The notes: generated by a model from the letters alone, not told the origin. A DNA stretch of 64,000 nucleotides from Bdellovibrionota bacterium (GCA_041751875.1 JBGSIC010000026.1:5128-69127), one strand, 5' to 3'; shown: positions 34,633 through 43,971, numbered from the stretch's first letter. Program-made: numbers and translations.

Positions 34633-37017
34633 TCACTCCAGCTGCTCTATGGGCGAGAGATAGAGAAACGGTTGCTTTTCGAAGGACGCGGCCCAGTAGA
34701 CTTGACGCGCAAGCTCCGACACCGCAGGCGAGGAAAGAAAACCTGGTTCGCTTTGGATCCAACCATCTTCTCCAAAAACGGAAAAGAGTGGCAGTTTTGT
34801 ACCTAATATATAGGTGTCAAACTGATCCGGCGCCAAGCCAGCAAGTTTTGCGGCGTGCTCGACGGCCTGTAGGTATCCGCCTTTGTAATCGATGAGTTTT
34901 TGCGCTTCCGCCTCTTCTCCGAGCCACACACGTCCCTGAGCGGCTGACTCAGCTTTAGGCATGTCGAGCCCACGCTTATTGGCAACGTAGCGCACGAAGT
35001 GATCGTAGTAGTCATCGAGACGCCGAACGAAGATTCGCTTCTCCGCATCGGAAAGGGATTTGTGTTCGGAGTAGAGGCCCGCGTAAGGCGCGTGACTGAG
35101 AATTTCTTTGTGCAAATCGATCTTTTTGTAAAGACCACTCAAGGAAGCTTTCCCCAGAAAAACGCCAATGGAACCTGTTAGGGTCGTCGAATTTGCAAAA
35201 ATGGCATCAGCGGGTGCGGAGATCATGTAGCCACCACTGGCGGCTGCGTCACCCATTGAAACAACAAGGGGCTTTTTCTTCTTCGCTTTCTCCACGAGGG
35301 TCGCGATCTGTTGGCTTGCCAAAATCTCACCCCCTCCACTTGAGACGCGAAGTACAATTGCTTTTGTTAAGGGGTCACTTGTCGCCTCTTCCAAATAAGC
35401 TTCGAGTTTTTCGGGAAAAATTTGGTACTGTCCACTGATCGCAAGGAGCGGACTTTTCTGGGAAATGATGTCGCCACTAGCAGGAATAATCGCAATACGT
35501 GAAGGTAATTGTAAATTATCGCGATAGCGATCGACACGCTTCGAGGTGGCAAAGGTTTTGGCATCCTTATCAACATCGAAGGAGCTGACCTCATCGATCA
35601 AGCCGGCGGCTTTGGCTTCGTCTGCCCCATAGACTCCTTGCGCGAGTGCTTGCTTCCATTTTTCTGGAGTCAGACGGGTATTTTTGACCGAAGCGAGAAA
35701 AATTTCCTCCAGCTTTTTAAGTTGGCGCAGGCTTTCTTCGCGCATTAAGGGAGAAGCATCCTTGCGCGTGAACATTTCCGGCATGGACTTGTACTTACCC
35801 TTAGCGAAGAGTTCACCCTCGATCCCAACTTTGTCGAGTGTCCCTTTGAGGTAGTAGCGAGAGTATTTAAATCCAAGAAGTCTCAGCTCAGAAGAGGGTT
35901 CCATCACCACGCGGTTAGCGGCGGAGGCAATATAGTATTCCTTGAGCGACGCATTACCTAGATAGACTTCCACGGTTTTACCGTGTTCACGGAGTTCGCG
36001 GAGCGCACCGAAGACTTCTTCTGCGGCTGCCAGGCCCAATGGGAACTCTTCAATGCGCACAATAATGCGAGAAAAGTCCGGAGACTTCTGGGCCGTTTTT
36101 AGTTTCTTGAGAATCTCATAAAGAGAAGGACGGCTTCGGCTGAACCAGTTTCCTTCCACCGGTTCTTCGCGCAAGCCACTTTCCAAAGCAACTTCCAAAG
36201 TGTCGGTGCCGCTTAATGAAGTGGGGTAAGGGCGGAAAGATGTCTGACCACCGAAAATAAAGTTTTCTCCACTGGGGTCGGGCTGCACAACTGAAAAGAA
36301 GGAGCCAAGACTCAAATTAAACTGAATTCCCAACTGCCACTTTTGAGTGTGGTGATACCCCGCCGCAAGTTTTAAACCGCGTAAAACTTCCACTCGAACG
36401 TTGGCATCGTATCCAAACGTTTTTCCTAAGGGGGTGCCAGTGGTATCGATATCCAACGTCAGCTCCACCGGATCAACGGGACGGACTACAATTCCCGCAA
36501 CGAGATTAAACGGAATTTTCGTGCCTGATACCGTGGGCTGGTTGAGAGTCTGTCCTAGAAGACCAAAACTGACGTAACGAGACGCGCGAATCTGCAAACC
36601 TAAGTCGAAGGAATTGAAGTTCCGCAACGGAATCGCTTGAGCACGTGTAAATTGGTAGCGAGCGCCCCAGAACACGTAAGGCCCCATCGGAGCGCCAAAT
36701 CCTAGGGAATAGCGATTAAACTTCGTCGGACCATCATTGATCCACTCTGCGGCGACGCCCAAAAGGCCGTAACTAAGCGATAAACTATGATCTCCTTGAG
36801 CCCCGATTCCGGTCGTGTAGGCGGTGAACCAGCCTGCGCCGTTCAAGGCCGTCTCGTAACCCAACGCGGCGGGATTGGTAAAGACGCTGCGCGATCCGTA
36901 GGCATGCGATACGGACGTGGTGGGTTGTGAGGTCGTCTGAAGCGGGTTCGCTCCCCAAAGTAACGTGGGTAAGAACGCGACGAGCCCCGTGAGCCCAAGG
37001 AAAGTGCTGAACTTCAT
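34633..37017 (-). CDS. sppA: signal peptide peptidase SppA (tandem S49 domains) with additional N-terminal beta-strand-rich domain
   Basis: The C-terminal ~500 aa form two S49 repeats, the second with SMGDAAASGGYMIS (catalytic Ser) and TLTGSIGVF. I set the start at ATG 37017 (MKFSTFLGLTGLVAFLPTLLWG signal peptide). ORF-track residues ~55-295 form a Gly/aromatic-rich region with alternating hydrophobic residues. Confidence 0.8.
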   Translation of the reverse strand: MKFSTFLGLTGLVAFLPTLLWGANPLQTTSQPTTSVSHAYGSRSVFTNPAALGYETALNGAGWFTAYTTGIGAQGDHSLSLSYGLLGVAAEWINDGPTKFNRYSLGFGAPMGPYVFWGARYQFTRAQAIPLRNFNSFDLGLQIRASRYVSFGLLGQTLNQPTVSGTKIPFNLVAGIVVRPVDPVELTLDIDTTGTPLGKTFGYDANVRVEVLRGLKLAAGYHHTQKWQLGIQFNLSLGSFFSVVQPDPSGENFIFGGQTSFRPYPTSLSGTDTLEVALESGLREEPVEGNWFSRSRPSLYEILKKLKTAQKSPDFSRIIVRIEEFPLGLAAAEEVFGALRELREHGKTVEVYLGNASLKEYYIASAANRVVMEPSSELRLLGFKYSRYYLKGTLDKVGIEGELFAKGKYKSMPEMFTRKDASPLMREESLRQLKKLEEIFLASVKNTRLTPEKWKQALAQGVYGADEAKAAGLIDEVSSFDVDKDAKTFATSKRVDRYRDNLQLPSRIAIIPASGDIISQKSPLLAISGQYQIFPEKLEAYLEEATSDPLTKAIVLRVSSGGGEILASQQIATLVEKAKKKKPLVVSMGDAAASGGYMISAPADAIFANSTTLTGSIGVFLGKASLSGLYKKIDLHKEILSHAPYAGLYSEHKSLSDAEKRIFVRRLDDYYDHFVRYVANKRGLDMPKAESAAQGRVWLGEEAEAQKLIDYKGGYLQAVEHAAKLAGLAPDQFDTYILGTKLPLFSVFGEDGWIQSEPGFLSSPAVSELARQVYWAASFEKQPFLYLSPIEQLE

Positions 37018-37160
37018 GGTGCAAAAAATGTAGCCGTGGCCTACCGACAAAGTCACGCATGGAGTACGGTGCTGGGACTGATCCGCCGCTTTATCCTTAT
37101 TTCTGGTCATTGCGCCCCTATTTCCCCTTTGGTATTACTGACCCCAGTTGAAAAAACGAG

Positions 37161-37586
37161 GTGATTTGTATGGACGCGCTGGAGAGGCAGCACTTGCGCA
37201 AAAAGATGGCTCTGAAAATGGAAGTTTTTCAGGGGAAAAGCCGCGACGTTGCGTGCGTCAGCGCCCACTGGGTGAGTCCTGCTCAGGTCTGTGATCTTTG
37301 CGAACGGGTGCACGCGGAAGAAGTTCTGGTCATCAAGAATCGCAAGGGGCAGAACCTTAAAGTGGACGGAAAATGTCTCACGGAGATGGTGCGTTTTCAG
37401 GTGACCGACGTCGCCGATCTTCCAAAATGGTTTGAGAAAATTGGTGCTCTAAAAGCAGAGCAACAGCGTCGTGCTGAAGAGGCGCGGAAGCTCCAAGAAG
37501 AAGAGCGCAAGAAACTCGAGCGCAAAGTTATCGTACGTCGCCGCCCGGGTGAGAACTCCGGTACGGATGGTACTGAGCCGTCATGA
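37161..37586 (+). CDS. hypothetical protein (Cys-containing N-half, charged coiled C-half)
   Basis: 141-aa ORF (GTG 37161 or ATG 37170). Its stop overlaps the cinA start (ATGA). No recognised motif. Confidence 0.5.
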   Translation: MICMDALERQHLRKKMALKMEVFQGKSRDVACVSAHWVSPAQVCDLCERVHAEEVLVIKNRKGQNLKVDGKCLTEMVRFQVTDVADLPKWFEKIGALKAEQQRRAEEARKLQEEERKKLERKVIVRRRPGENSGTDGTEPS

Positions 37587-38839
37587 GTCTCGTCATCGAG
37601 ACGATTGCCATAGGTGACGAACTCCTCACCGGCAAAATATCTGATACCAATTCTACTTTTGTAGCGGGAGAACTATTTTCTCTCGGTGCAGTGGTAAGTC
37701 GTCAAACCGTCATTCCCGATCAAGTTGAAGTGATCAAGCGTCAGCTCGATGAAAGTAGCCGTCGAGCGCAGATGGTGATCTGTTTCGGTGGTCTGGGGCC
37801 GACCACAGATGACCTGACGGTCGATTGTGTAGCCGAGCTTCTCGGAGGTGGAGTCACTGTCCATCCAGGTCAAAAAGAAAAACTCATCGCCCTTTACCAA
37901 AAGCAGAATCGACCGGTAGACGAAACGGCGCTTCGGCAAGTGCGGTACCCAAAAAAAAGCGAGCCCATTGGCAACACGGTCGGCCTCGCCCCGGGTTTTC
38001 GTTGTGAACTCGGAAATTGCATTTTCTTTTTTGTCCCGGGAGTCCCTGGTGAAATGCGTGGGATGGTTAGAACTGCGGTGAAAGAGACGGCAACCCAGCT
38101 ACTTGGAAAAAGCGGGGAGCCATTACATTCTCATTTCTGGCGTTGCGTGGGAATTTGGGAAAGCCAACTTCAGACTCTGATGAACCCGCTTGAAAGAGAA
38201 TTACCTCAAGGTGCGTGGTTGGGGTATCGCACGACGTATCCTGAGAACCAACTCTCACTCTACTACCGACAAGGGAAGGGAGAGTCTCTTGAACCATTTC
38301 TGACAATGCAGCAAAAGATTCGAGAGGCCGTGGCGCCTTACGCTTACACCGAGTGCTATGATTCGCTGGAAGCCACTGTTGTTCAGCTTTTGATCGACAA
38401 GAAGCGCTCCATTGCGTTGGCGGAGTCGTGCACGGGTGGGTTGGTAACGCATCGTTTGACACGGATACCGGGTTGCTCAGATGTAGTTTGGGGAGGAGCC
38501 GCCGTTTATCAACTGGGGGCAAAAGAAATTTTACTCGGAGTGCGTTGCGAAACCGAAGACGCGGCTGTTTCGGCGGTTTGTTCTCGACAACTGGCTGAAG
38601 CGGTCAAGAATCGGAGCGGTTGTCCGCTGGCCGCCGCTATTACAGGTTACATGGGGCCCGAACCCGATGGAACGGAGACTAATCCGAGCGGAACCATATT
38701 TACCGCCGTGGTGGGCGAGGGCAACGCGCTACGTGAGGAACGGTTCGTGTTAACGCGCCCTGACCGCCAAGCTCGTCAGTGGGGAGCATCCACCTTGCTG
38801 CTTGATCAAATTCGACGCGAAATAGAAACGTTGGCTTAG
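37583..38839 (+). CDS. cinA: competence/damage-inducible protein CinA (MoCF-type domain + nicotinamide-nucleotide amidase domain)
   Basis: The N-terminus has IGDELLTGKISDTNS and the C-terminal domain has LAESCTGGLV. 418 aa. Confidence 0.9.
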   Translation: MSLVIETIAIGDELLTGKISDTNSTFVAGELFSLGAVVSRQTVIPDQVEVIKRQLDESSRRAQMVICFGGLGPTTDDLTVDCVAELLGGGVTVHPGQKEKLIALYQKQNRPVDETALRQVRYPKKSEPIGNTVGLAPGFRCELGNCIFFFVPGVPGEMRGMVRTAVKETATQLLGKSGEPLHSHFWRCVGIWESQLQTLMNPLERELPQGAWLGYRTTYPENQLSLYYRQGKGESLEPFLTMQQKIREAVAPYAYTECYDSLEATVVQLLIDKKRSIALAESCTGGLVTHRLTRIPGCSDVVWGGAAVYQLGAKEILLGVRCETEDAAVSAVCSRQLAEAVKNRSGCPLAAAITGYMGPEPDGTETNPSGTIFTAVVGEGNALREERFVLTRPDRQARQWGASTLLLDQIRREIETLA

Positions 38840-38874
38840 CGGGCCGACGAGTCGAGAGAGCAACGCGTAACGAA

Positions 38875-39303
38875 CTAGTCGTCGTCGCGCGCCCCGTCGA
38901 TATCAATTTCATTCGTTAGAAATTCATCTTCGTCGTCTTCACCCGAGGCTGAAGCAATGTCTTCGATCTCTTCGTCTCCATAATCGAATTCTGCGGCTGC
39001 GCCGTTTTCATCAATGCTGGAAACTTCGTCGATTGTTAAACCTGACGCCGGTGGGGGAACCAAAGTGGGAACCGATTTCAACTTCGGCTTTCCGGCTTTC
39101 TTTGTTGTCTTTGCACTTTTTGACGCGCCGGATTTCTTTTTGGTCTTCTTTGAAACCTTCTTCGCGGGCTTCTTTTTAGCAACTTTCTTCTTAGCCTTTG
39201 CTTTTACTTTCTTCTTGGGCGATTTCTTTTTGCCTTTTTTCGAAGTTTTGTTTTTAGCGGGGCGCGTCTTTTTCTTTTTTTTCTCGGTTTTTTTCTTTGC
39301 CAT
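38875..39303 (-). CDS. Lys-rich (histone-H1-like) N-terminal / highly acidic C-terminal protein
   Basis: The protein begins MAKKKTEKKKKKTRPAKNKTSKKGKKKSPKKKVKAKAKKKVAKKKPAKK... and ends in an Asp/Glu-rich tail (...GEDDEDEFLTNEIDIDGARDDD). A GAGGAG Shine-Dalgarno sequence lies 7 nt before ATG 39303. Confidence 0.65.
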   Translation of the reverse strand: MAKKKTEKKKKKTRPAKNKTSKKGKKKSPKKKVKAKAKKKVAKKKPAKKVSKKTKKKSGASKSAKTTKKAGKPKLKSVPTLVPPPASGLTIDEVSSIDENGAAAEFDYGDEEIEDIASASGEDDEDEFLTNEIDIDGARDDD

Positions 39304-39505
39304 GGTTTTGCTCCTCAATTTCTTTACAAAAAAGCAGAAAAGTTCTGCAGCGAATTAATACTTATCCCATAATTCCAGTAGTTTCGTATTGCAAATAATA
39401 AAAAAAGAGATTATCCAGTAAGTATATCTAACAAGTTACGCTTTCTTTATTAATCGGCAGTACAGGGAAAAATTCGGGTTTAGTAGTTGAGCCAGGGGGG
39501 GAGTT

Positions 39506-39991
39506 ATGGCTAGCAAACGCACGCACCGAGTTTCTAAGGTACGTAGTACGGCAAAAAAACTCGTGAAAAAAAAGGCGCCAGCCAAGCTTAAAGTAGTTGG
39601 GGGAAGCGAAGCGGTTCCGGCAAAAAAAGCAGCTGCACCGGCCAAAAAGTCGATTGCATCTGTCGTCAGTAAAACGGCGATCGAATCAAAAACAAAAAAA
39701 GAGAAGTCCGGAAAAGGTGGAATTTCCGATCGACTCCTAGCGGCAATTGAGCGTCGCAGAAAAGAGGGTACTACACCAGGTACACTTTTTGCGAAGCCCG
39801 CTCGCCGACGGGGACGTCGACCGAAAAACACGGAATACAATCCGGATGGTAGTCCAGAGGAAGCTCCGGAAGAAGCCGATACGCATTTGGCTTATGATAC
39901 GGGGATTCAAGTCAGCTACGCCGTAGACGGAGACGTACCGTCGTTTGAGCGAAGTGACGACTACGACAAAGAACTCGACTTTGATCACTAA
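39506..39991 (+). CDS. Lys/Ala-rich basic N-terminal / acidic C-terminal protein
   Basis: The protein begins MASKRTHRVSKVRSTAKKLVKKKAPAKLK...AKKAAAPAKK, has RRRGRRPKN in the middle, and ends in an acidic tail (...SDDYDKELDFDH). A GGGGGGAG Shine-Dalgarno sequence lies upstream. It is divergent from 38875..39303. Confidence 0.65.
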   Translation: MASKRTHRVSKVRSTAKKLVKKKAPAKLKVVGGSEAVPAKKAAAPAKKSIASVVSKTAIESKTKKEKSGKGGISDRLLAAIERRRKEGTTPGTLFAKPARRRGRRPKNTEYNPDGSPEEAPEEADTHLAYDTGIQVSYAVDGDVPSFERSDDYDKELDFDH

Positions 39992-40051
39992 AGTCGGAGT
40001 CGCTGGACATTCTCGTGGCTCCTCGGTAAGCAAACCCGAAGGGATCGCTTT

Positions 40052-41119
40052 ATGTTGGAGCCACGAATTGAATCGGTGAAGTGGGATGGCGAACGCTGCC
40101 TGCTTCTCGATCAGACTAGGTTACCTCGCGAAGAAACTTATCTTCCTTACACCTCCTATCGCGATGTCGCGGATGCAATCACACGTTTGGTGGTTAGAGG
40201 AGCTCCAGCGATTGGTGTGGCCGGCGCTTACGCGTCTGTTCTGGCGGTAAAAGAATCAGCGCGCCACTCCCCATTTGATTGGAATGCTCTGGAAGGGGCT
40301 CTCTCCTCTATCACCTCGGCTAGGCCCACCGCCGTCAATTTGAAGTGGGCTGTAGATCAAATCAGAGCGGAAATCGAAGCGTTCAGACACTTAGCGCCCG
40401 CGGAACTCATCCGAAAAGTGGAAATAAAGGCGTGCGAACTTCACAAAGCAGATTGCGAAGCCAACCGCGAAATGGCGCGGATCGGATCGGCTTTTCTTCC
40501 GGCGGGGCTGGCTGTGATGACTTACTGCAATACGGGAGACCTTGCGACGGGGGGCATCGGTACGGCGTTTGGTGTGTTGAGGGCAGGCCACGTAATGGGC
40601 AAGGTACCGCACGTGTTTGCTTGTGAAACGCGTCCTGTTCTCCAGGGCATGCGGTTGACGGCCTGGGAACTTACGAAGAACGAGATTCCGTTTACCTTAA
40701 TTTGCGACAATATGGCGGCCACCATTTTGGCGCAGGGGAAAGTGGGTTCGATTATTGTTGGCGCTGATCGTATCGCCGCTAATGGGGACGTAGCCAACAA
40801 AGTGGGTACTTACTCGCTGGCTATTCTTGCTAAGCATTTTGGTGTGCCTTTTTTCGTAGCCGCACCGTGTTCTACATTCGATTTGTCTCTAGCGTCGGGT
40901 AAAGAGATTCCCATCGAGGAACGGGCACCGGAAGAGATTTTCGCGGCCTTGGGTACCAACCGCCCGACTAGAGATTTTAAGGTGGCCAACCCTTCCTTCG
41001 ACGTGACACCGGCAAGCCTCATTCGAGCGATTTTTTGCGAAAAAGGGGCGATTGAGGCTCCTTCAGCGGAGAGCGTTCGAGCCGTTTTTTCCTCGACCTC
41101 CCCGCTACCCAGGCCTTAG
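40052..41119 (+). CDS. mtnA: S-methyl-5-thioribose-1-phosphate isomerase (eIF-2B alpha/beta/delta family)
   Basis: GADRIAANGDVANKVGTY and VRGAPAIGVA motifs are present. 355 aa. Confidence 0.85.
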   Translation: MLEPRIESVKWDGERCLLLDQTRLPREETYLPYTSYRDVADAITRLVVRGAPAIGVAGAYASVLAVKESARHSPFDWNALEGALSSITSARPTAVNLKWAVDQIRAEIEAFRHLAPAELIRKVEIKACELHKADCEANREMARIGSAFLPAGLAVMTYCNTGDLATGGIGTAFGVLRAGHVMGKVPHVFACETRPVLQGMRLTAWELTKNEIPFTLICDNMAATILAQGKVGSIIVGADRIAANGDVANKVGTYSLAILAKHFGVPFFVAAPCSTFDLSLASGKEIPIEERAPEEIFAALGTNRPTRDFKVANPSFDVTPASLIRAIFCEKGAIEAPSAESVRAVFSSTSPLPRP

Positions 41120-41133
41120 GATAGTGAGTCAGT

Positions 41134-41727
41134 ATGGCCCAATCCGCGAAAACCGAGTCAGTCCCTGAGCTTAGGGAATTGGTGAAAGAAAACGATCGTC
41201 GCGTTTTCAGTTTCATCTCCTATTTGGTTTTTGATCCTGAAGCGGCAGAAGTTGCGGTGCTCAATAGTTTTTCTGAGTTTGGAAAGTTTTACCGCCGGTC
41301 GGTAGCCAGTCGTCGCACTCAGTATGACTCGGATCAGTTGCGCATTCGTCTTTTTCAACTCGTGTGGAAAGAAGCCAAAAGTTTATCGGGCGCGCCCGTA
41401 CCCTTAAGCTTGGGACGCGACACGCGCTTACTCAATGAGGCCACCACGGACGTGCTTGCCAAAAGCCCAGATGCCGAAGCCCTCGATGAGCGAACGGTAG
41501 AGCGCATCACGGATCGTGTCCGCACCCTGGATTTCGATTTTCGCGCCCCGCTGGTGCTTAGAGATATCTTGAAGTTTAGTGACGAAGAAGCCACCCGTAT
41601 TTTGGGAATTCGGTGGGGCGTCTACCGCCACCGACTCAATCGGGCCCGCTTGGATTTGGTTGATTGTCTGAGAGGACGCGTGAGTTCGGTCAGTTCCTTG
41701 CGACCGGCGTCTGAATTGAGTCTCTAA
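41134..41727 (+). CDS. ECF-type RNA polymerase sigma factor (divergent region 2)
   Basis: The C-terminal FRAPLVLRDILKFSDEEATRILGIRWGVYRHRLNRARLDL fits sigma-70 region 4.2. The N-terminal region 2 is recognisable only weakly. Confidence 0.65.
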   Translation: MAQSAKTESVPELRELVKENDRRVFSFISYLVFDPEAAEVAVLNSFSEFGKFYRRSVASRRTQYDSDQLRIRLFQLVWKEAKSLSGAPVPLSLGRDTRLLNEATTDVLAKSPDAEALDERTVERITDRVRTLDFDFRAPLVLRDILKFSDEEATRILGIRWGVYRHRLNRARLDLVDCLRGRVSSVSSLRPASELSL

Positions 41728-41737
41728 AGAGGCGAAT

Positions 41738-42292
41738 GTGACGAGTTGTTTTTTCTGTCAAAACTTACTCTCCGATTACATCGAGAAACTTTTGCCTAAG
41801 GGCAGAGTTACCGAAATCAAAAGTCACATCGAGGAGTGTGTGAAGTGCCGTAAGAACCATGATGAGTTGGTTGCGGTGGACAAGCTTCTCACGAAAATGC
41901 CTCTGAAGAATGTCTCCCACGACTTTGCTTTGCGAGTGGTGGAAGCATCGGAAGGAAATGAGCGCGGTCGCTGGGCCTCTTGGAAAGGCGTTGCCATTGG
42001 AGCGAGTTTCCTTTTCGTTCTGCTGATGGGCGGAGCAATTGTATCATTTTCTCCCGACACCTTTCCTTGGCTAGCTCGATTTGTTCCCTTCGCAACCGAG
42101 GAAGAAAGTTTTGTTCGCTACTATCCACTTTACCATCAAGCCGAAGGGATCTTGGATGCTCAGGCAAGTATGATCGAAATGCGTGATGCATTCTCCGGAA
42201 GTCTGTGGGAAGAGGGCGGACTGTCACCCGAGGAATTCGAACGCGTTTTTCAACTTAAGGCCGCAAAGGAAGAAGAAGAGATAGTGAAGTGA
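41738..42292 (+). CDS. putative zinc-finger anti-sigma factor
   Basis: The N-terminal CFFCQN...HIEECVKCRKNH follows the zf-HC2 pattern. There is one central TM segment (VAIGASFLFVLLMGGAIV). GTG start 10 nt after the sigma gene. Its stop overlaps the nadE start. Confidence 0.6.
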   Translation: MTSCFFCQNLLSDYIEKLLPKGRVTEIKSHIEECVKCRKNHDELVAVDKLLTKMPLKNVSHDFALRVVEASEGNERGRWASWKGVAIGASFLFVLLMGGAIVSFSPDTFPWLARFVPFATEEESFVRYYPLYHQAEGILDAQASMIEMRDAFSGSLWEEGGLSPEEFERVFQLKAAKEEEEIVK

Positions 42293-43929
42293 AGTTTGGG
42301 CTAGCTCAGTTAAACCCCCGCATTGGCGCTCTTGCCGAAAACACCCAGAAGATACTCGAAACGATCGACCAGGCGAGACAGCGTGGTGCACAGCTTTTAA
42401 TTTTTCCCGAACTTGCGATCACCGGATATCCGCCCCGCGATCTGCTCGATTTCGAAGGCTTCGTGGATGAGAACGAAGCTGCGCTTAAGCGGATTGAGGC
42501 ACATTCGAGGGGTTTAACCGTTGTCTGTGGCTTTGTAGAAAAACGGTCGGAGAAGACAGGCTGCCCTTACTTCAACTCGGCTGCTGTGATGCGAGACGGA
42601 AAGCGTTTGGGCACTTACCGTAAACGCCTTATTCCCAACTACGATATTTTTGATGAAGCCCGTTACTTTGAGGCAGGCAAAGATCCGTTGGTGATTGATC
42701 TTGAAGGCAAGAAGGTCGCTCTTTCAATTTGTGAGGATATCTGGAATCGTCCACGCTTTTCTCGCCGCGCTTACGTAGCGCAAACCCTTGAAGAGTACAA
42801 AAAAGCACGCGTGGACTTTCTTATAAATTTGTCTGCTTCTCCTTTCCGACGTGGCAAACCTGCGTGGCGCCAAGAATTATTGAGTGAAATCGCCTGCGAT
42901 CTCGGATGTCCGATTCTTTTGTGTAATCAAGTCGGAGGCAATGACGAACTTCTATTCGATGGTTGTAGTTTGGCGGTTAACGCTCAAGGCGAAACAGTCG
43001 CCACCGGCAAGGCATTTGAAGAGGAACTACTTATCGTCGATAGCGCACTTTTTGCTAGTGAACCAAAGCAGCTCGCCGCGTGGCCAGCGACGGATGATGA
43101 AATGGTGTGTGAAGCCCTAAAAATGGGGCTGCGGGATTATGTGCACAAGTGTGGTAGCCGCTCGGTAGGGCTGGGCTTAAGTGGCGGTATTGATAGCAGT
43201 GTGGCGGTCGCGCTTGCCGTGGAAGCTTTGGGTCCTGAAAATGTTTGGGCTCTTTCGCTTCCGACTCAGTATACAAGCGCAGTGAGTAAAGAAGATGCAC
43301 GTACTCTAGCCACCAATCTGAAAATTGATTTCCATGAAGTTTCGATTCAACCGCTTTTTGAAGTGTACGAGAAAACTTGGTTGCAGGGCTTGGGTCTTCC
43401 GCTTGAAGGAATTACCCGAGAGAATGTGCAGCCCCGGCTTCGCATGTCGATCTTGATGGGCGTCGCGAATTCTCGGAATAGTTTGCTTCTTAACACCAGC
43501 AACAAGAGCGAACTTGCCACTGGTTTTTCCACCTTGTACGGGGACGGCGCCGGCGCCATTTCCGTTTTGGGGGACCTCACCAAGAAACAAGTTTACGCTT
43601 TGGGCCGCACGCTCAACCGCAAAGTGCACCTCATTCCAGAAAGAGTTTTTTCGCGCGCCCCTACGGCAGAATTGCGATTAGGGCAGGTCGATCAAGACGC
43701 GCTTCCCCCGTACGATGTATTGGATGCTTTGGTTGTCGCTATGCTGGAACAAAACCTGCCGGCAAAGCAGCTCTCAGAGCGGATTTCCGCCCAGTGGGCG
43801 CCTGAATTCATGAAACGCCACCTCACCAGCGAGTTCAAACGCTGGCAGCACCCTCCTGTCCTACGTGTATCGCCGCGGGCCTTCGGAGTTGGCCGGCGCA
43901 TTCCGATTGCTGCTACGCGTCAAGATTAG
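42289..43929 (+). CDS. nadE: glutamine-dependent NAD+ synthetase
   Basis: The N-terminal CN-hydrolase domain has FPELAITGYP and ALSICED. The C-terminal NAD synthetase domain has GLSGGIDSS. 546 aa. Confidence 0.9.
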   Translation: MKFGLAQLNPRIGALAENTQKILETIDQARQRGAQLLIFPELAITGYPPRDLLDFEGFVDENEAALKRIEAHSRGLTVVCGFVEKRSEKTGCPYFNSAAVMRDGKRLGTYRKRLIPNYDIFDEARYFEAGKDPLVIDLEGKKVALSICEDIWNRPRFSRRAYVAQTLEEYKKARVDFLINLSASPFRRGKPAWRQELLSEIACDLGCPILLCNQVGGNDELLFDGCSLAVNAQGETVATGKAFEEELLIVDSALFASEPKQLAAWPATDDEMVCEALKMGLRDYVHKCGSRSVGLGLSGGIDSSVAVALAVEALGPENVWALSLPTQYTSAVSKEDARTLATNLKIDFHEVSIQPLFEVYEKTWLQGLGLPLEGITRENVQPRLRMSILMGVANSRNSLLLNTSNKSELATGFSTLYGDGAGAISVLGDLTKKQVYALGRTLNRKVHLIPERVFSRAPTAELRLGQVDQDALPPYDVLDALVVAMLEQNLPAKQLSERISAQWAPEFMKRHLTSEFKRWQHPPVLRVSPRAFGVGRRIPIAATRQD

Positions 43930-43942
43930 TCGTCTTGGGGGC

Positions 43943-43971
43943 TTGCAGGCTGGGATTCATGCCCCTATAGT
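43943..43971 (+). promoter_or_regulatory. sigma-70 type promoter candidate
   Basis: TTGCAG-N17-TATAGT lies 55 nt upstream of ATG 44026, the first gene of the long co-directional array. Confidence 0.35.

Noticed and set aside
37020-37035. Sigma-54-like match CGGCTAC-N4-TTGCA on the minus strand
   Set aside because: Its -12 element abuts the sppA start codon at 37017, so transcription would begin inside the coding region. I consider it a chance match.
39014-39840. ORFs 39014..39358 (+) and 39436..39840 (-)
   Set aside because: These are mirror-strand readings of the Lys-rich low-complexity genes (poly-Phe/Leu translations). The annotated strands have strong Shine-Dalgarno sequences, and these do not.
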